Virus record (IMG/VR): IMGVR_UViG_3300043353_000072
Span: 1 to 56,618 of that record
Length of the DNA: 56,618 nt
Source: a virus
Lineage: Duplodnaviria; Caudoviricetes
Strand: one strand, 5' to 3'
The position numbers and the translations under genes were made by a program. The notes under the pieces were generated by a model, which saw only the letters and a program-made list of their open reading frames with translations, ran no database searches and was not told the DNA's origin. This document shows positions 35,843 to 46,112 of the stretch, in pieces. Position 1 is the stretch's first letter. The number at the start of each line of letters is the position of its first letter.

Positions 35843-37212
35843 TGGTGGCCCTCCGGTGGAGGCTGGACCGGCGGGTGCGCCGGGTCCGGCGTTTCAGTGG
35901 GCGGTGCGCCCGGGACAACCTTCACGAGGTCCTGCCAGGAGTTGCCGGGCGGCTTGACCGCTTTCCGGAAGTGGTCGGGCAGGAAGGCGTCGGGGAGCGT
36001 CAGTTCCATCCGGGTGTTCTGGCCCTCCGGCCCCATCGTGTAGGTGACCTCGGAAATCAGCATGTCGCGCTCGAGCGAGAGCCAGTCCACCTCGCAGGGC
36101 ACCATTTCATTGACGGTCCAGAGGCGGCGGTCCGCCTGCCGCCAGCCCACCACGGTGACGGTGGCCTTGTGCGCCTTGGCCACCCGCCGGCGCATTTCCC
36201 AGTCGGCCCGCTTGGCCGCGTCCGCCGGGCTGGCCTGGGTTTCCGCCACGATGACCTTCGGCCGGTAGCGGTGGATGCCCGGGTCCTTCACGGTGCCGGT
36301 GATCTGGGTCAGCACCTTGGCGCCCTTGCCGCCGCCGCCGGCCCTGGGCGCCGCCGCGCGACGCGCCCGCCATTCCAGCAGGACCGCCGACTCGCCCGGG
36401 ATGAACGGGACGGCGCGCGGTTCCTCGCCGCCTTCCCCCGGGTTCAGGTCCGAGGTTTTGTCCCCGGGCTTCTGGGCTTTGACCATGTAGTCGGAGAAGC
36501 GGTGCGCGTCATCGTAGACGGCCTCCGCCACGGCGACATTGACGCCTTGTTTGAGGGTGGAGGAACAGCGGTCATTGCCCGCCCGCGTGAGGATAAGACG
36601 CCCATCCGGGTCATCAGTGATGAGATACTCCTGCAAACGCGACAACCGCTCGATAAGGCCAAAGCACGTCTCCCCCTGTTGCAACTGGACCTCGGGAATG
36701 GGCTCGCCGGTGACTTTCGCGACGACCTCGATCTTGAACGGCTCGGCCAGCTTGCGGGCCAGGGCCTCCAAGGTCATGCCCTTGAACTGGGCCGCCGGGT
36801 CGACCACGGAACTGTCCACGAAGTCGCCGGTCTTGCTCCGGCCGGTGACGCGGACGTCATGGGACGTGGCGGTGAACTTCGGGCGGTAGCTATCCACCCA
36901 ACCGGTCAGCACGGTGTCCCCGTTAACCTTGAGCACGCAGGCCGCGCCGGGCCGGATGCGCCAGGGCTCCGGCGCCGGCTGGCTGATAGGCCAGCGTTCC
37001 GAGACCCCCAGGTCGAAGTCCGACGCCGCCCGCTCCATGCCGCGGGTGACGCGGATTTCCTTCCAGCCGGAGAATTCCTTGCCGTCCACCAGCAGGCTGA
37101 CGACCTCCGGGACCGCCAGCGTCGAAAGCGGGATCGGTGGGGGTTTTGGCGTGGCCGGCGCCGGCAGCGGAGCCGTCACGTCGAGCGTGGGCAGCACGAT
37201 GTCGTCGGTCAT
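35839..37212 (-). CDS. baseplate hub, Mu gp44/P-like
   Basis: GRSKTGDFVDSS, RFSDY.V, R.RP, GWRQ...W. Confidence 0.85.
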   Translation of the reverse strand: MTDDIVLPTLDVTAPLPAPATPKPPPIPLSTLAVPEVVSLLVDGKEFSGWKEIRVTRGMERAASDFDLGVSERWPISQPAPEPWRIRPGAACVLKVNGDTVLTGWVDSYRPKFTATSHDVRVTGRSKTGDFVDSSVVDPAAQFKGMTLEALARKLAEPFKIEVVAKVTGEPIPEVQLQQGETCFGLIERLSRLQEYLITDDPDGRLILTRAGNDRCSSTLKQGVNVAVAEAVYDDAHRFSDYMVKAQKPGDKTSDLNPGEGGEEPRAVPFIPGESAVLLEWRARRAAAPRAGGGGKGAKVLTQITGTVKDPGIHRYRPKVIVAETQASPADAAKRADWEMRRRVAKAHKATVTVVGWRQADRRLWTVNEMVPCEVDWLSLERDMLISEVTYTMGPEGQNTRMELTLPDAFLPDHFRKAVKPPGNSWQDLVKVVPGAPPTETPDPAHPPVQPPPEGHH

Positions 37213-38522
37213 GACGCCAGCACCAGCCCGGACGTGGGCAGGAACGCGGGATTGATGGCCGCGGTGCGGGCCACCACGTCATCGCCCCGGTTGGCGTCCT
37301 GATACATCCGCCACGCCAGGGTCAGCGCGTTGGTTGAGCGAGCGGTGTGGAAACTGGTGATCACCGGGAGTTGCAGCATGCGCCGGGTCAGGTCCGCGAT
37401 AACCGCGTTCTCCGTCTCCGCGAGGTTGACGTAGGTGTCGTCATTGCCGGCGGCGGCGGCGTCTTCCCGGGCCGCGTCGAACAGCGCGACGATCTGTTCC
37501 CGGGCCAGGGCCGCGTCCTGGGCGGACGTCAACGGCAGGTTCGGCGTGGCGTAGGCGACCTCCACCAGTGCCGCGCGCCGGACAAGGTTCTGGAAGGCGA
37601 AGGCGTTGGCCGCCTCCGTGAGCCGGCCCTGGGTGGCGGTGGCGCCCGTGGAGTCCGCTCGCGCGCCAACGTAGGGCAGGGACGGCGCCGCGCGGGTGGG
37701 CGGCCCGCCGGCGGCCGGGACGCCGGGGACGGTGTGGCTGGTGAAACTGGACCCGAGGGAGGCCATGGACCGCCAGGTGGTGGCGAAGCCGCCGTTCTCT
37801 CCGAACAACTGGGTGACTTTCTGCACACCGTCATTCAGCAGGCCGGGCGCGTAGACCAGGGCCTGGGCGCCGCCGGACATGACGTTGAGCGCGGTGGTCA
37901 GCCCCAGCTTGTCCGCGCCGGGGATCATGTTCGCGAGCGACGTCACCTGGGTGGTGAACGAGAGCACGTCGCCCACGGCGGAGGATGCCAGGAAGGTGTC
38001 CAGCCCCTTGCCGAAGTCGGCGGCGAAATCCAGGCCCAGGCTCTTGACCAGTTTGGAAGCGGCGCCCTCGATGCCGGCGACGGTGCTGGTGGCGGCCGAG
38101 GGTTCCAGCAGTTGGCCGGCCTCCGCGAACGCCAGGCGGAAGCCGGTGTAGTTGCCCTCATGGCGTTGCTCGGTGAACGAGCACTCCACGCAGACGGCCT
38201 GCATGGCGGCCATGGTCGGGTAGACCAGGGCGCCGGGTCCCTTGGCCCGGCAGGCGGCCAGCAGCAGGTCCCGTTTCAGCAGGTGGCCGGGTCCGATCAC
38301 GTAGGCGTCGAAGGTGAATGACCACGCCTTGCGCCCGAGATCCTCAACGTAGGGGACGTCGCGGCCGGGATACTCGTGCAGGGCCGCGCGCCGGCCGGTG
38401 GTGCCGCCGCTCGAATCGACATGGAAGCCGACGCCGCGGAACGAGGCCGGGCGGAGCGCCGCGATCCAGTTGCCCAGGCCCCGGGTGACGACGCTCTCGA
38501 TGGCGCCGAGGAAGCCGCTCAT
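37209..38522 (-). CDS. Mu gpN-like DNA circularisation/tail protein
   Basis: ASFRGVGF, HEYPGRD.PYVEDLG. Confidence 0.9.
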   Translation of the reverse strand: MSGFLGAIESVVTRGLGNWIAALRPASFRGVGFHVDSSGGTTGRRAALHEYPGRDVPYVEDLGRKAWSFTFDAYVIGPGHLLKRDLLLAACRAKGPGALVYPTMAAMQAVCVECSFTEQRHEGNYTGFRLAFAEAGQLLEPSAATSTVAGIEGAASKLVKSLGLDFAADFGKGLDTFLASSAVGDVLSFTTQVTSLANMIPGADKLGLTTALNVMSGGAQALVYAPGLLNDGVQKVTQLFGENGGFATTWRSMASLGSSFTSHTVPGVPAAGGPPTRAAPSLPYVGARADSTGATATQGRLTEAANAFAFQNLVRRAALVEVAYATPNLPLTSAQDAALAREQIVALFDAAREDAAAAGNDDTYVNLAETENAVIADLTRRMLQLPVITSFHTARSTNALTLAWRMYQDANRGDDVVARTAAINPAFLPTSGLVLAS

Positions 38523-40690
38523 GCGAGCAACGGCATGCTGTAGCCGACATTCGGCGCGATGGACTCGCCGCTGGTCCTGGCGCTCACGGTGGTGCCCGGC
38601 GGGACGTTGCCGCCGAGCATGACGGATACCTCCACCTTGCCGCCCATGCGCCCGAGGATGCCCGGGTCATATCCCGAGGTGCTGGGCAGGGGGAGCGGCA
38701 TCATGGGCGGACCCGTGGGCGTGCCACGGCCGCCACGGCCGGATCGGTTGATGCTGTCCATCAGCCAGGGCGGGACGGGATCGGTCAGCGGGTTGCTCGA
38801 TGGCGGGTAGGTTTCATCGCCCGGGACCACACCGGCCGGCGGCGTGACCCGCGGTCCGAGCGGGCCGGTGGCGCCGCCTCCGCCCATGGCCGGCGCGAAG
38901 GTGCCGCCGCCGAAGGACTCGGACAGTTTGAACAGCCAGTTGATGAAACGGTTGGCGGAGAAAATGTCGCTGATGTCATCCAGCACCGCCCGGAAATACC
39001 CCTTGAGGCTGTCCCAGCGCCGCTTGATGGCGTCGGGCAGGTCCAGCAGGCCGGACGGCCGCAGCAGGCCGGCGGCGGCCGTGAAGATGCGGCCCAGCCC
39101 CGCGAACATGCCGGCGAAGAAGTCGGGCAGGCCGGCCCAGAGGTCCTTGACGCCCTGCCAGGCTGCTTCGAACATGCGGGACAGGCCGCGCCAGTTGGCG
39201 ATGAGGGTATCGGGGATGATGTCCAGGCCGATGGCGCGGAGCCCGTCCGCCGCCGCCTTGAAGATGCCGGAAATCAGGCCCCACTGGAACGTGAAGTAAG
39301 CGGCCACGCCGCCCCAGGCGACCAGCAGCGGGCGCGGGACGTAGCCCTTGCTGAACTTGTCGAGGTCCGCCTGGGCCTTGTGGAACGAGGCGGTGGTGTC
39401 CTTCCAGAGCCCGGCGAAGAAGGCGGACACGCCATCCCAGTTCCGGTACAGCAGGTAGGCGGCGGCGGCGATGGCGGCCACGGCCAGGATGAACCAGCCC
39501 ACGGGGGTGGTGAACAGGGCGGCGGTCAGGCCGATCAGCGCCCGGGACAGCAGGGCCACGAATCGCACCGTCTGCACGCCGATGATCCAGCCCAGCTTGC
39601 CGAAGGTCACGCCCACCATCAGCAGGGACGAAATGAGCGTCCCGTTCATGTAGATCACCAGGAATATCAGGGCGTTTTTGAAACCGCCCACGCCATTGAC
39701 CAGATATTTGAGCCAGCCCCAGAAGGTCTTGAATCCCTCCACCACGTCCTTCGGTTTCACGTCATGGAGCGCGTGCGCCAGCCCCAGCAGCGCCTCCGAG
39801 AACGCTGTCACCAGTTCGGGCACCAGCGGCTTCATGAGCGCCCGGAAGTGCACCAGCAATTCGCTGAACGCCGGCAGGACCTTGCCAAACACCTGGTTGC
39901 GCATGCCGACGAAGACGGAGATCAGTTCCTTTTGCTTGTCGGAAAACTCCGAGGCGGCGGCGGCGTTCTCCGTCGTTATCTCGCCGTCTTCCTTGTTGGC
40001 GTGGGCATGTTCTTCCAGTGCCTTGCGGCCCCCGCGCAGCAGCGGGATCATCCACGCCAGGCCCTTGCCCACCAGCAGGTTGTTGAACGCGGCCAGCCCC
40101 GCCGCGCTGGTCTGTGCTTTGTAGGCGTCGGCCAGTTGAGGCAGCAGGTCCACGCCGGTGCGGGTCCCCTCCGCCACGCCCTTGAGGGAAATGCCCAGTT
40201 TGTTGAACGCCGCCGCCAGCTTCTCGTTGGTGCCCTGGGCCGCGCTGCGCACGTTCATGTTCAGCTTTTGCAGGCCCTTGTCGAATGATTCGATTTCGAT
40301 GTCCGCCATGTAGGCGGCGCGGTGGAGCCCGCCGAGATTCTCCACCGAGGTTCCCAGGACAACCGACAGCTTTTCCAGGCTCTCGCCCAGGGACACATAG
40401 CTTTCGATGCTTTTGACCAACGCGAAGCCGCCGGCGAGCCCGGCCAGTTCCAGCATGGGTTCCAGCAGTTCGCGGGCGCCGTGGCCGGCCTCCCGCAATC
40501 CCTCGTGCAGGTGCTTGACGTTGTGGTGCAGCCCGCCGAAGGCGCCGGCGTTCGCCATGTTGTGGAAGCCGTGGCCGACCGCGGCGGCCGTCTTGCCGAG
40601 CGCGGCCACGCTGCGGTTGATGGCCTCGATCGCCGGCGTGGCCGCGTCGTTGGCGCGGATGGTGGCGGTGACTTCGACGTGGTCGCTCAC
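38519..40690 (-). CDS. tape measure protein
   Basis: Long helical Ala-rich ORF with W/F periodic repeats, after the chaperone. Confidence 0.85.
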   Translation of the reverse strand: MSDHVEVTATIRANDAATPAIEAINRSVAALGKTAAAVGHGFHNMANAGAFGGLHHNVKHLHEGLREAGHGARELLEPMLELAGLAGGFALVKSIESYVSLGESLEKLSVVLGTSVENLGGLHRAAYMADIEIESFDKGLQKLNMNVRSAAQGTNEKLAAAFNKLGISLKGVAEGTRTGVDLLPQLADAYKAQTSAAGLAAFNNLLVGKGLAWMIPLLRGGRKALEEHAHANKEDGEITTENAAAASEFSDKQKELISVFVGMRNQVFGKVLPAFSELLVHFRALMKPLVPELVTAFSEALLGLAHALHDVKPKDVVEGFKTFWGWLKYLVNGVGGFKNALIFLVIYMNGTLISSLLMVGVTFGKLGWIIGVQTVRFVALLSRALIGLTAALFTTPVGWFILAVAAIAAAAYLLYRNWDGVSAFFAGLWKDTTASFHKAQADLDKFSKGYVPRPLLVAWGGVAAYFTFQWGLISGIFKAAADGLRAIGLDIIPDTLIANWRGLSRMFEAAWQGVKDLWAGLPDFFAGMFAGLGRIFTAAAGLLRPSGLLDLPDAIKRRWDSLKGYFRAVLDDISDIFSANRFINWLFKLSESFGGGTFAPAMGGGGATGPLGPRVTPPAGVVPGDETYPPSSNPLTDPVPPWLMDSINRSGRGGRGTPTGPPMMPLPLPSTSGYDPGILGRMGGKVEVSVMLGGNVPPGTTVSARTSGESIAPNVGYSMPLLA

Positions 40691-40876
40691 GTCCCGTCCC
40701 CGGCGCGGTCATTGGCCATGCGCTGTTCCTCGATCAGGCGCGCGGTCTGTTCCTCGTATGTCACGAGTTCGTCGAAGTCGAGAGGGAGGAAGTCGCCGGG
40801 GCGGGCTCGCCAGATCCAGGCAAGATTGAAGTACCGTTCAAGGATGTAGGCGCCGCCGCCGGCTGGAAAAAACCCA
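40687..40876 (-). CDS. frameshifted tail chaperone extension (gpE'/GT-like)
   Basis: -1 frame reached at GGGTTTTTT; LAWIWRARP...LDFDEL. Confidence 0.7.
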
Positions 40877-41144
40877 TGACGGCGCCCATGCACGCCTGCC
40901 AGTCCTCAAGGGGGAGCGCCCGGACGGTGGACAGCGGCACGCCGCCCAGGCGGGAAATATACTGGGCGATGGCGGCGGGCTGCGGCTCCACGCCGGCGTT
41001 CTCGCCGTCGCCATACAGCCGGACCGGGTAGCCGCAGGCGGCCACGTCATCGCCCCTGGGTGGCCGGATGGTTAGTTTCGTCACGGTCTCGCCGTGCGCC
41101 TGGACGGGTTCCGATAACGGAACGATTACGGATTCGCGCGCCAT
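40761..41144 (-). CDS. tail assembly chaperone (Mu gp41-like)
   Basis: LSEPV...LTIRPP..D...DW..C...V.GFF. Confidence 0.8.
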   Translation of the reverse strand: MARESVIVPLSEPVQAHGETVTKLTIRPPRGDDVAACGYPVRLYGDGENAGVEPQPAAIAQYISRLGGVPLSTVRALPLEDWQACMGAVMGFFQPAAAPTSLNGTSILPGSGEPAPATSSLSTSTNS

Positions 41145-41221
41145 GCTTCCTCGCGATGCTCGCGGGTGCCGACGATGCGCCGGCTGTAGGGTTTTACTGG
41201 ATGAAACGAAACGGCGCCGCC

Positions 41222-41599
41222 TCACGCGGGCATCACTTCCTCGCCCTTCATGCCTTCGAACTTCACGCTGACCTGCCCGTCCGAGACGTTCAGTTCCCGG
41301 GCGGTGGACGTCCAGGCGTTGCGCAGCAGGTAGGTTTTCCCGGTGGCCAGTTCCGCCGTGACGGTGGCGTTGCACACGGCGGACAGGTCATCGAGCGACA
41401 TGCCGGCGGTGTCGCTGAAATCGCCCTGGATGAACGGGACGCGCGGGGTTTCCTTGTAGCCGTGCACGCCGTCCATTCCGGCGATGCCCTCGCGTTCGAA
41501 GGCATCTATGGAAATGGTCAGCGCGCCCTTGAGGGCATACTGCACGCCATCGACACGGAGGAACGCCACGCCGGCGATCCGGTTGGGACACATTGCCAT
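41222..41599 (-). CDS. tail tube protein (Mu-like)
   Basis: GVHGYKETP, ELATGKTYLLRNAW. Confidence 0.85.
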   Translation of the reverse strand: MAMCPNRIAGVAFLRVDGVQYALKGALTISIDAFEREGIAGMDGVHGYKETPRVPFIQGDFSDTAGMSLDDLSAVCNATVTAELATGKTYLLRNAWTSTARELNVSDGQVSVKFEGMKGEEVMPA

Positions 41600-41638
41600 T
41601 GAAGTCTCCTGTCAGGGGCTCGGGGAAACGCGAACGGC

Positions 41639-43141
41639 CTAAGCGGCGAGCGCCGGGTATTGCAGGCGGAACTCCACCAGGGCGGCGAAGATGCGCAACT
41701 GGTTGATGAGGTCCGGCGGGAACAGCACGTTGATCCGGTTCGGGTCGTTAACGTCCCGCTCCACGATCAGATATGCCTTGAACGCCTGGATGTTCTCCAC
41801 CAGCCCCACCTCCATCATTTCGCTGTAGGCGGCGATCAGTTCGGCGCGGATCACGCTCGGCGTGACGACCGCCTGGCCCGGCCCGTAGCTGGTGCCATCG
41901 TCGGCCAGCTTGGAGCGGGGGAACTTCTGCGTGATGCGGTCCCGCAACTCGCGCACGATGCGGGTCAACGTCGCGAGCGTGTTGTAATCCAGGTAGGACG
42001 GGTCGGACTGGCCCCACTCGTTTTTCTGGTAGGTCGTGATGCAACGGCTGATGCGGACCATGCCGGAGGACTGATCCTCCGTGGCGATGCCGCTGTACAG
42101 CAACGAATTGTTCATGCTCAACGTGAAGCGGGACTGCGGCGGCGGCGGCAGGACGCCGATCAGCGGCAGGGTTTGCAGCGGCCGGGCCGGGTCGATCCGG
42201 ATCGACGCCGCGGCCTGGGCCGTGAGCGCCGCGGCACGCTGCCAGTACGGGGACGGGGAGGGCCCGAAGCCCAGCATCGTCATGTGCGGATCGTTCCGGG
42301 TGCGGCCGAACGTCACCAGCCCGGACCCGTCCGGGTCCTGTTTCGCCGTGAAGGCGTGCCCGTAAATCTGCCGCGACCACGCCCAGCGGCCGGTGATGTC
42401 GTTCATGAGCGTCTGGAATTCATCCAGCACGGTGTTGTCGTTGTAGGCCAGGCCGATGAAGTCATATTCCTCGTCGCCCATGTTGAGGATGGCGGTGTCC
42501 AGCAGCGCCTGCCCGGTCCCGCCGGTCATGGGCGTGGTGATGGCGCCGGTCATGCCGGCCGGGAACATTTCCCCGGCGGCCAGCCCCGCATAGTTGAATT
42601 GCAGGCCGATGGCGTCTCCGATCAGCCCGGGTTGCTTCGCGGTCAGGTCCACGGCGCCGGCGGCGGCCACGGCGGAAACGAGGCAGAAGGGTTGCGCGTT
42701 GATGGCGGCGGCGAGCGCGGAGGCGGCCACGGCGGGGGTGTTGCCCACCGCGACGGCCGCGACGATCTTCATGCCGCCCACGTAAAGGTTCAGGTTCCCG
42801 GCGCCGGAGGCGTTGTTCGTGATCGTGACCACGCCGGTGGCGGCCACGGCGCCCACGGCCGGCGCCAGGGGGATGCACCACAATTCCCCGAAACTGTCGT
42901 TCATCCGGTAGGTGTTCACCATGTCCGCGAGCACGCTGCCCACGCCGAACAGCGTGTAGGCCTGCGAGGGCGAGACGATCAGGACGGGGATGTTCGCCGC
43001 GGCGGTGCCGGTCGCCAGCATGGGACCGATCAAAAGCGCCTTCTGGTTCTCTTGCAGAAAGCCGGCCTGCCGGTTGGAGATTTCCGCGTAGAACATCGGC
43101 ACGCGGATGTTGGCGGGGATGTTGGCGAACGAGATTGCCAT
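41639..43141 (-). CDS. tail sheath protein (Mu gpL-like)
   Basis: IPANIRVPMFYAE, DPARPLQTL, KLADDG, PDLINQLR. Confidence 0.92.
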   Translation of the reverse strand: MAISFANIPANIRVPMFYAEISNRQAGFLQENQKALLIGPMLATGTAAANIPVLIVSPSQAYTLFGVGSVLADMVNTYRMNDSFGELWCIPLAPAVGAVAATGVVTITNNASGAGNLNLYVGGMKIVAAVAVGNTPAVAASALAAAINAQPFCLVSAVAAAGAVDLTAKQPGLIGDAIGLQFNYAGLAAGEMFPAGMTGAITTPMTGGTGQALLDTAILNMGDEEYDFIGLAYNDNTVLDEFQTLMNDITGRWAWSRQIYGHAFTAKQDPDGSGLVTFGRTRNDPHMTMLGFGPSPSPYWQRAAALTAQAAASIRIDPARPLQTLPLIGVLPPPPQSRFTLSMNNSLLYSGIATEDQSSGMVRISRCITTYQKNEWGQSDPSYLDYNTLATLTRIVRELRDRITQKFPRSKLADDGTSYGPGQAVVTPSVIRAELIAAYSEMMEVGLVENIQAFKAYLIVERDVNDPNRINVLFPPDLINQLRIFAALVEFRLQYPALAA

Positions 43142-43168
43142 GGCGGTTGATCCTTTTGCGGGCGCCGG

Positions 43169-43801
43169 TCAGGGCGGCGGTGGGTTGTCCAGGTTCGTGA
43201 TGGCGGCGCCGATCTCGATGCGGCCGTCCGGTCCCGGGTAGCCGCCCGGGTAGCCGTCCGGCGGATCGGTTGGGTGGCCGGTGGTGTTCGGATCGGCCGC
43301 CGGGTCGATGGCGTCGATCATGAGCAGCACGGTTTTCAACTGGTCCGGGATGGAGGTCGGCACGCCGGTGACGCCGTATTCGCTGTAACGGATCGTCATC
43401 GTGATGGTGGCCGTGGCGGTGCGCACCTCGCCTTCGACGTTGCTTTCGTAAACCGTTTCGATGCTGGGTATCAGTTCGGCGTTGCACATGAAATCGACAG
43501 ACGACAGCAGGGCCAGTTCCACCGCCTCGCAATACAGGTCCAGCAGGTCCGAGGCGGCCGGGTCCGCGTTGGCCTCCGAGACAACCTGGATTATCAGGTC
43601 CGCGTTGCCGATGTAGCCGGACACGTTGTTCATCGTGCTACGGCTGACCCGGTTGTCCCGCAGCGTGTAGATGCGCGCCGCCGGCAGCAGGTCCCGCCGC
43701 AGCGCCGGCATGCGGGAATTGAACACGTTACCGTTAAAGAACGAGAGCGCGGCCAGCACCTCCGTGGCGACCGTCCGCAGGTTAGCGAGATACAGGCCCA
43801 C
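43169..43801 (-). CDS. putative tail terminator/neck protein
   Basis: Position between head joining and sheath; LPA..IYT. Confidence 0.55.
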   Translation of the reverse strand: MGLYLANLRTVATEVLAALSFFNGNVFNSRMPALRRDLLPAARIYTLRDNRVSRSTMNNVSGYIGNADLIIQVVSEANADPAASDLLDLYCEAVELALLSSVDFMCNAELIPSIETVYESNVEGEVRTATATITMTIRYSEYGVTGVPTSIPDQLKTVLLMIDAIDPAADPNTTGHPTDPPDGYPGGYPGPDGRIEIGAAITNLDNPPPP

Positions 43802-44141
43802 GGTCGCCCGCCTTAATCAGCCGGTAGCCCAGTTCGCCCAGATCGTCGGTGTCGAGCAGGACGATTTCGTACCAGCCGCCCCGGACGAACAGCAGGTCAT
43901 GCTCCCCGGGCACGCGGCCCAGCGCCGCGTCCACCGCCCGGGTGTCGCAGTAGAACCACGTCTGCGTGGTGTTGAGGCCCTCCGGGACCACCGATCCCAG
44001 GGGAACCTCCATCGGGTCGATACGGAAGCGGCCGAAGATGGACGCCAGCACGCCGCTCCCGTCCGGAACAGCCCACCGCGCCGTCTCCCCGAAGGCCGTC
44101 GCCAGCGCGGGCAGCAGGCCGTCGAAGTCGGACAGCGGCAC
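43782..44141 (-). CDS. head-tail joining protein (gpFII-like)
   Basis: Size, position after MCP, FGE...GD pattern. Confidence 0.6.
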   Translation of the reverse strand: MPLSDFDGLLPALATAFGETARWAVPDGSGVLASIFGRFRIDPMEVPLGSVVPEGLNTTQTWFYCDTRAVDAALGRVPGEHDLLFVRGGWYEIVLLDTDDLGELGYRLIKAGDRGPVSR

Positions 44142-44144
44142 GGA

Positions 44145-45518
44145 TCAGCCCTTGGTGCGGCCCTGTCCGCCGCCGGCGCCGCCGGTGTCGTGCCCGTGGC
44201 CAGTCCCGTGGCCGCCAGCCGCGCCCGAGGTGGTGGTAGCCGTGGCGGGACGGGCAGCACCGCCCGACACGGTGGAGGAACGGCCGGCCCTGCTAGGACC
44301 GGCGCCGGGCACGTTAACGGCGGAGCCGTCAGCGGCATTCATGACGGTGTTCTCGGCGGTCGGGTCCTCGGTCTGGCCGAACACGTCCTGCGGCTCCGCC
44401 TCGCCCGTGCCGTCATCGGCCGGCCCCACCACGGCGGTGCCGGCGGCGAACGTCAGCGTGGTGGCGGTGGCGGTCGCTTCGAACAGCACCCGGGGGATGG
44501 TGCACACGGGGATGACGTTCATCTGGGATTCCAACTGGACGCCCCGGTCGAAGTCCATGACCTCCTGCTTGGCGTAGCGCGGCAGGGCCAGTGTGTTCAC
44601 CGTCTCAATGTAGTCCGCCGGCGCGTAGGCCTCCACGAACAGCCCGGGGACGCCGGTGGGGAAGAAATAGGCCTTGTTCGGCGCCACGAACTGAAGCGCG
44701 CCCACGCCGCCGATGTACTCCACGAAGGTGACGCCCTGGTAAGTGACCTGGGCGCCGTAGTTGTTCTCCCGCAGGGATGCGGCGGCCACCGTGTTGAGGT
44801 AGGTGGCGCGGACCTCCGGCGAGCCGGTGACGGCGTCGAAGAACTGGGAACCGCAGATCGCCATGATGTTGCCGAACATCGGCAGCCCGCCCAGTTCCGC
44901 CGCCATCATGCGGCGCAGCGAGGTGCAAAGGCTGGCGATGACGCCGGCCCAGGACTGGCTCTGCACGAACCCGGTCGCCGGCGGCAGGATGGGCCAGGTG
45001 AGGGTGGCCTGCTTGGTCACGCCGAACAGCGCGAACAGGTCCACGGTTTGCAGCGGCGCGCCGGTGTCCCGGTCCACCCGGGTGATGACCACGCCCTTGC
45101 AGCCGCCCAGGCGGAGCCATTCCAGGGTCACGTCCAGCTTGTCATTCATCCCCGACAGCCGTTGGTCCACCTTGTCGCTCCACGCCTCAAGCTGGTTGTC
45201 GGTACCGAAGGCCCGCACGCCCAGCAGTTCGTCCGCCAGGATGCTCGAATCGAGCGGGAAATGCGGCACGACAACGGGCACCAGGCTGCGCCGCTCGGGC
45301 AGGTCCACCGTCGCCGGCGCGCCCCTGGGCAGGGCCGGGACAAGCGCCAGCGTGTTGTTTCGCTGTTCGAACAGCGCCACCGTCTGGGACAGCGGCGATG
45401 GCGTGTACAGGTTCAACCGGCCGATCAGCCCGGGCTTGTAGGGCATCCGGTTGATGGCGCCGGTCAACGAGTAGACGTTGAACATCGCCTGCGTTTGGAA
45501 CGCGGACAGCATGGGCAT
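44145..45518 (-). CDS. major capsid protein (lambda gpE family) with low-complexity C-terminal extension
   Basis: LTGAIN..PY.P, TLEWLR.G..KG, APADYIETVNT..LP.YAK, ESQMN..P.CT.P. Confidence 0.9.
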   Translation of the reverse strand: MPMLSAFQTQAMFNVYSLTGAINRMPYKPGLIGRLNLYTPSPLSQTVALFEQRNNTLALVPALPRGAPATVDLPERRSLVPVVVPHFPLDSSILADELLGVRAFGTDNQLEAWSDKVDQRLSGMNDKLDVTLEWLRLGGCKGVVITRVDRDTGAPLQTVDLFALFGVTKQATLTWPILPPATGFVQSQSWAGVIASLCTSLRRMMAAELGGLPMFGNIMAICGSQFFDAVTGSPEVRATYLNTVAAASLRENNYGAQVTYQGVTFVEYIGGVGALQFVAPNKAYFFPTGVPGLFVEAYAPADYIETVNTLALPRYAKQEVMDFDRGVQLESQMNVIPVCTIPRVLFEATATATTLTFAAGTAVVGPADDGTGEAEPQDVFGQTEDPTAENTVMNAADGSAVNVPGAGPSRAGRSSTVSGGAARPATATTTSGAAGGHGTGHGHDTGGAGGGQGRTKG

Positions 45519-45649
45519 GACGAAAAACTCCTTTCACGCCGGAGCGTGCGGGGGTGGACGATCCGTTTGGGACGGCGGTTGCGACGGCGCGTTGGGAGGC
45601 GTGGGCGGAGGCGTGACGGGGAGCCCGGGCACGTCCTCCGCCGCTGTCA

Positions 45650-46111
45650 TCACGGAGGCGTGATCGACGTATTGCCGAGCGGTCCGTAGGGCGTGTTGGC
45701 AAGCGCCGGGTCGGTGGTGCGCGGGCCGCCGGCGTAGGTGCCGCCCGGGCCGTCCAGCACCGCCGGCCGGACCGCGATGCCCATGGTGAGCAACTGCGTC
45801 CTGACGGTGGCGGCCACCATGGTCTGGTAGATCAGCATCGACTCGTTGACCTCCGCGTCGCGCACGATGACCGAGGACTCCTGGGCCAGCGTGGTGGTGT
45901 CCACCGCGTAGAGCAGGATAGCGGTTATAAGCGCCTCGTCGGTGGGCACCCGGCAGGGCACGTACGCCGTCGGCGGCCCCTTGAGCGGCGTCCCGGGCGC
46001 CAGCACGCCATTGCCGGCGGCGATGGTGCCCCAGCCGCGGCTTCGGCTCCCGTTGGCCTCGCTGATGACGAAGCCCCCCATCACGGGGATTTGTTGCGGT
46101 GTCATCGCCAT
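45650..46111 (-). CDS. head decoration protein (gpD-like)
   Basis: FVISEANGSRSR, AILL..VD, RDAEVN. Confidence 0.8.
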   Translation of the reverse strand: MAMTPQQIPVMGGFVISEANGSRSRGWGTIAAGNGVLAPGTPLKGPPTAYVPCRVPTDEALITAILLYAVDTTTLAQESSVIVRDAEVNESMLIYQTMVAATVRTQLLTMGIAVRPAVLDGPGGTYAGGPRTTDPALANTPYGPLGNTSITPP

Positions 46112-46112
46112 G

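Noticed and set aside
37209-38522. Transposable Mu-like lifestyle
   Set aside because: Only Mu-like tail genes are present; no MuA/MuB, and packaging is cos-type.
43671-45689. Long antisense ORFs (672 aa here; also 41660..43150, 35842..37302, 52783..53889)
   Set aside because: Shadow frames of real genes in high-GC DNA, with no motifs.
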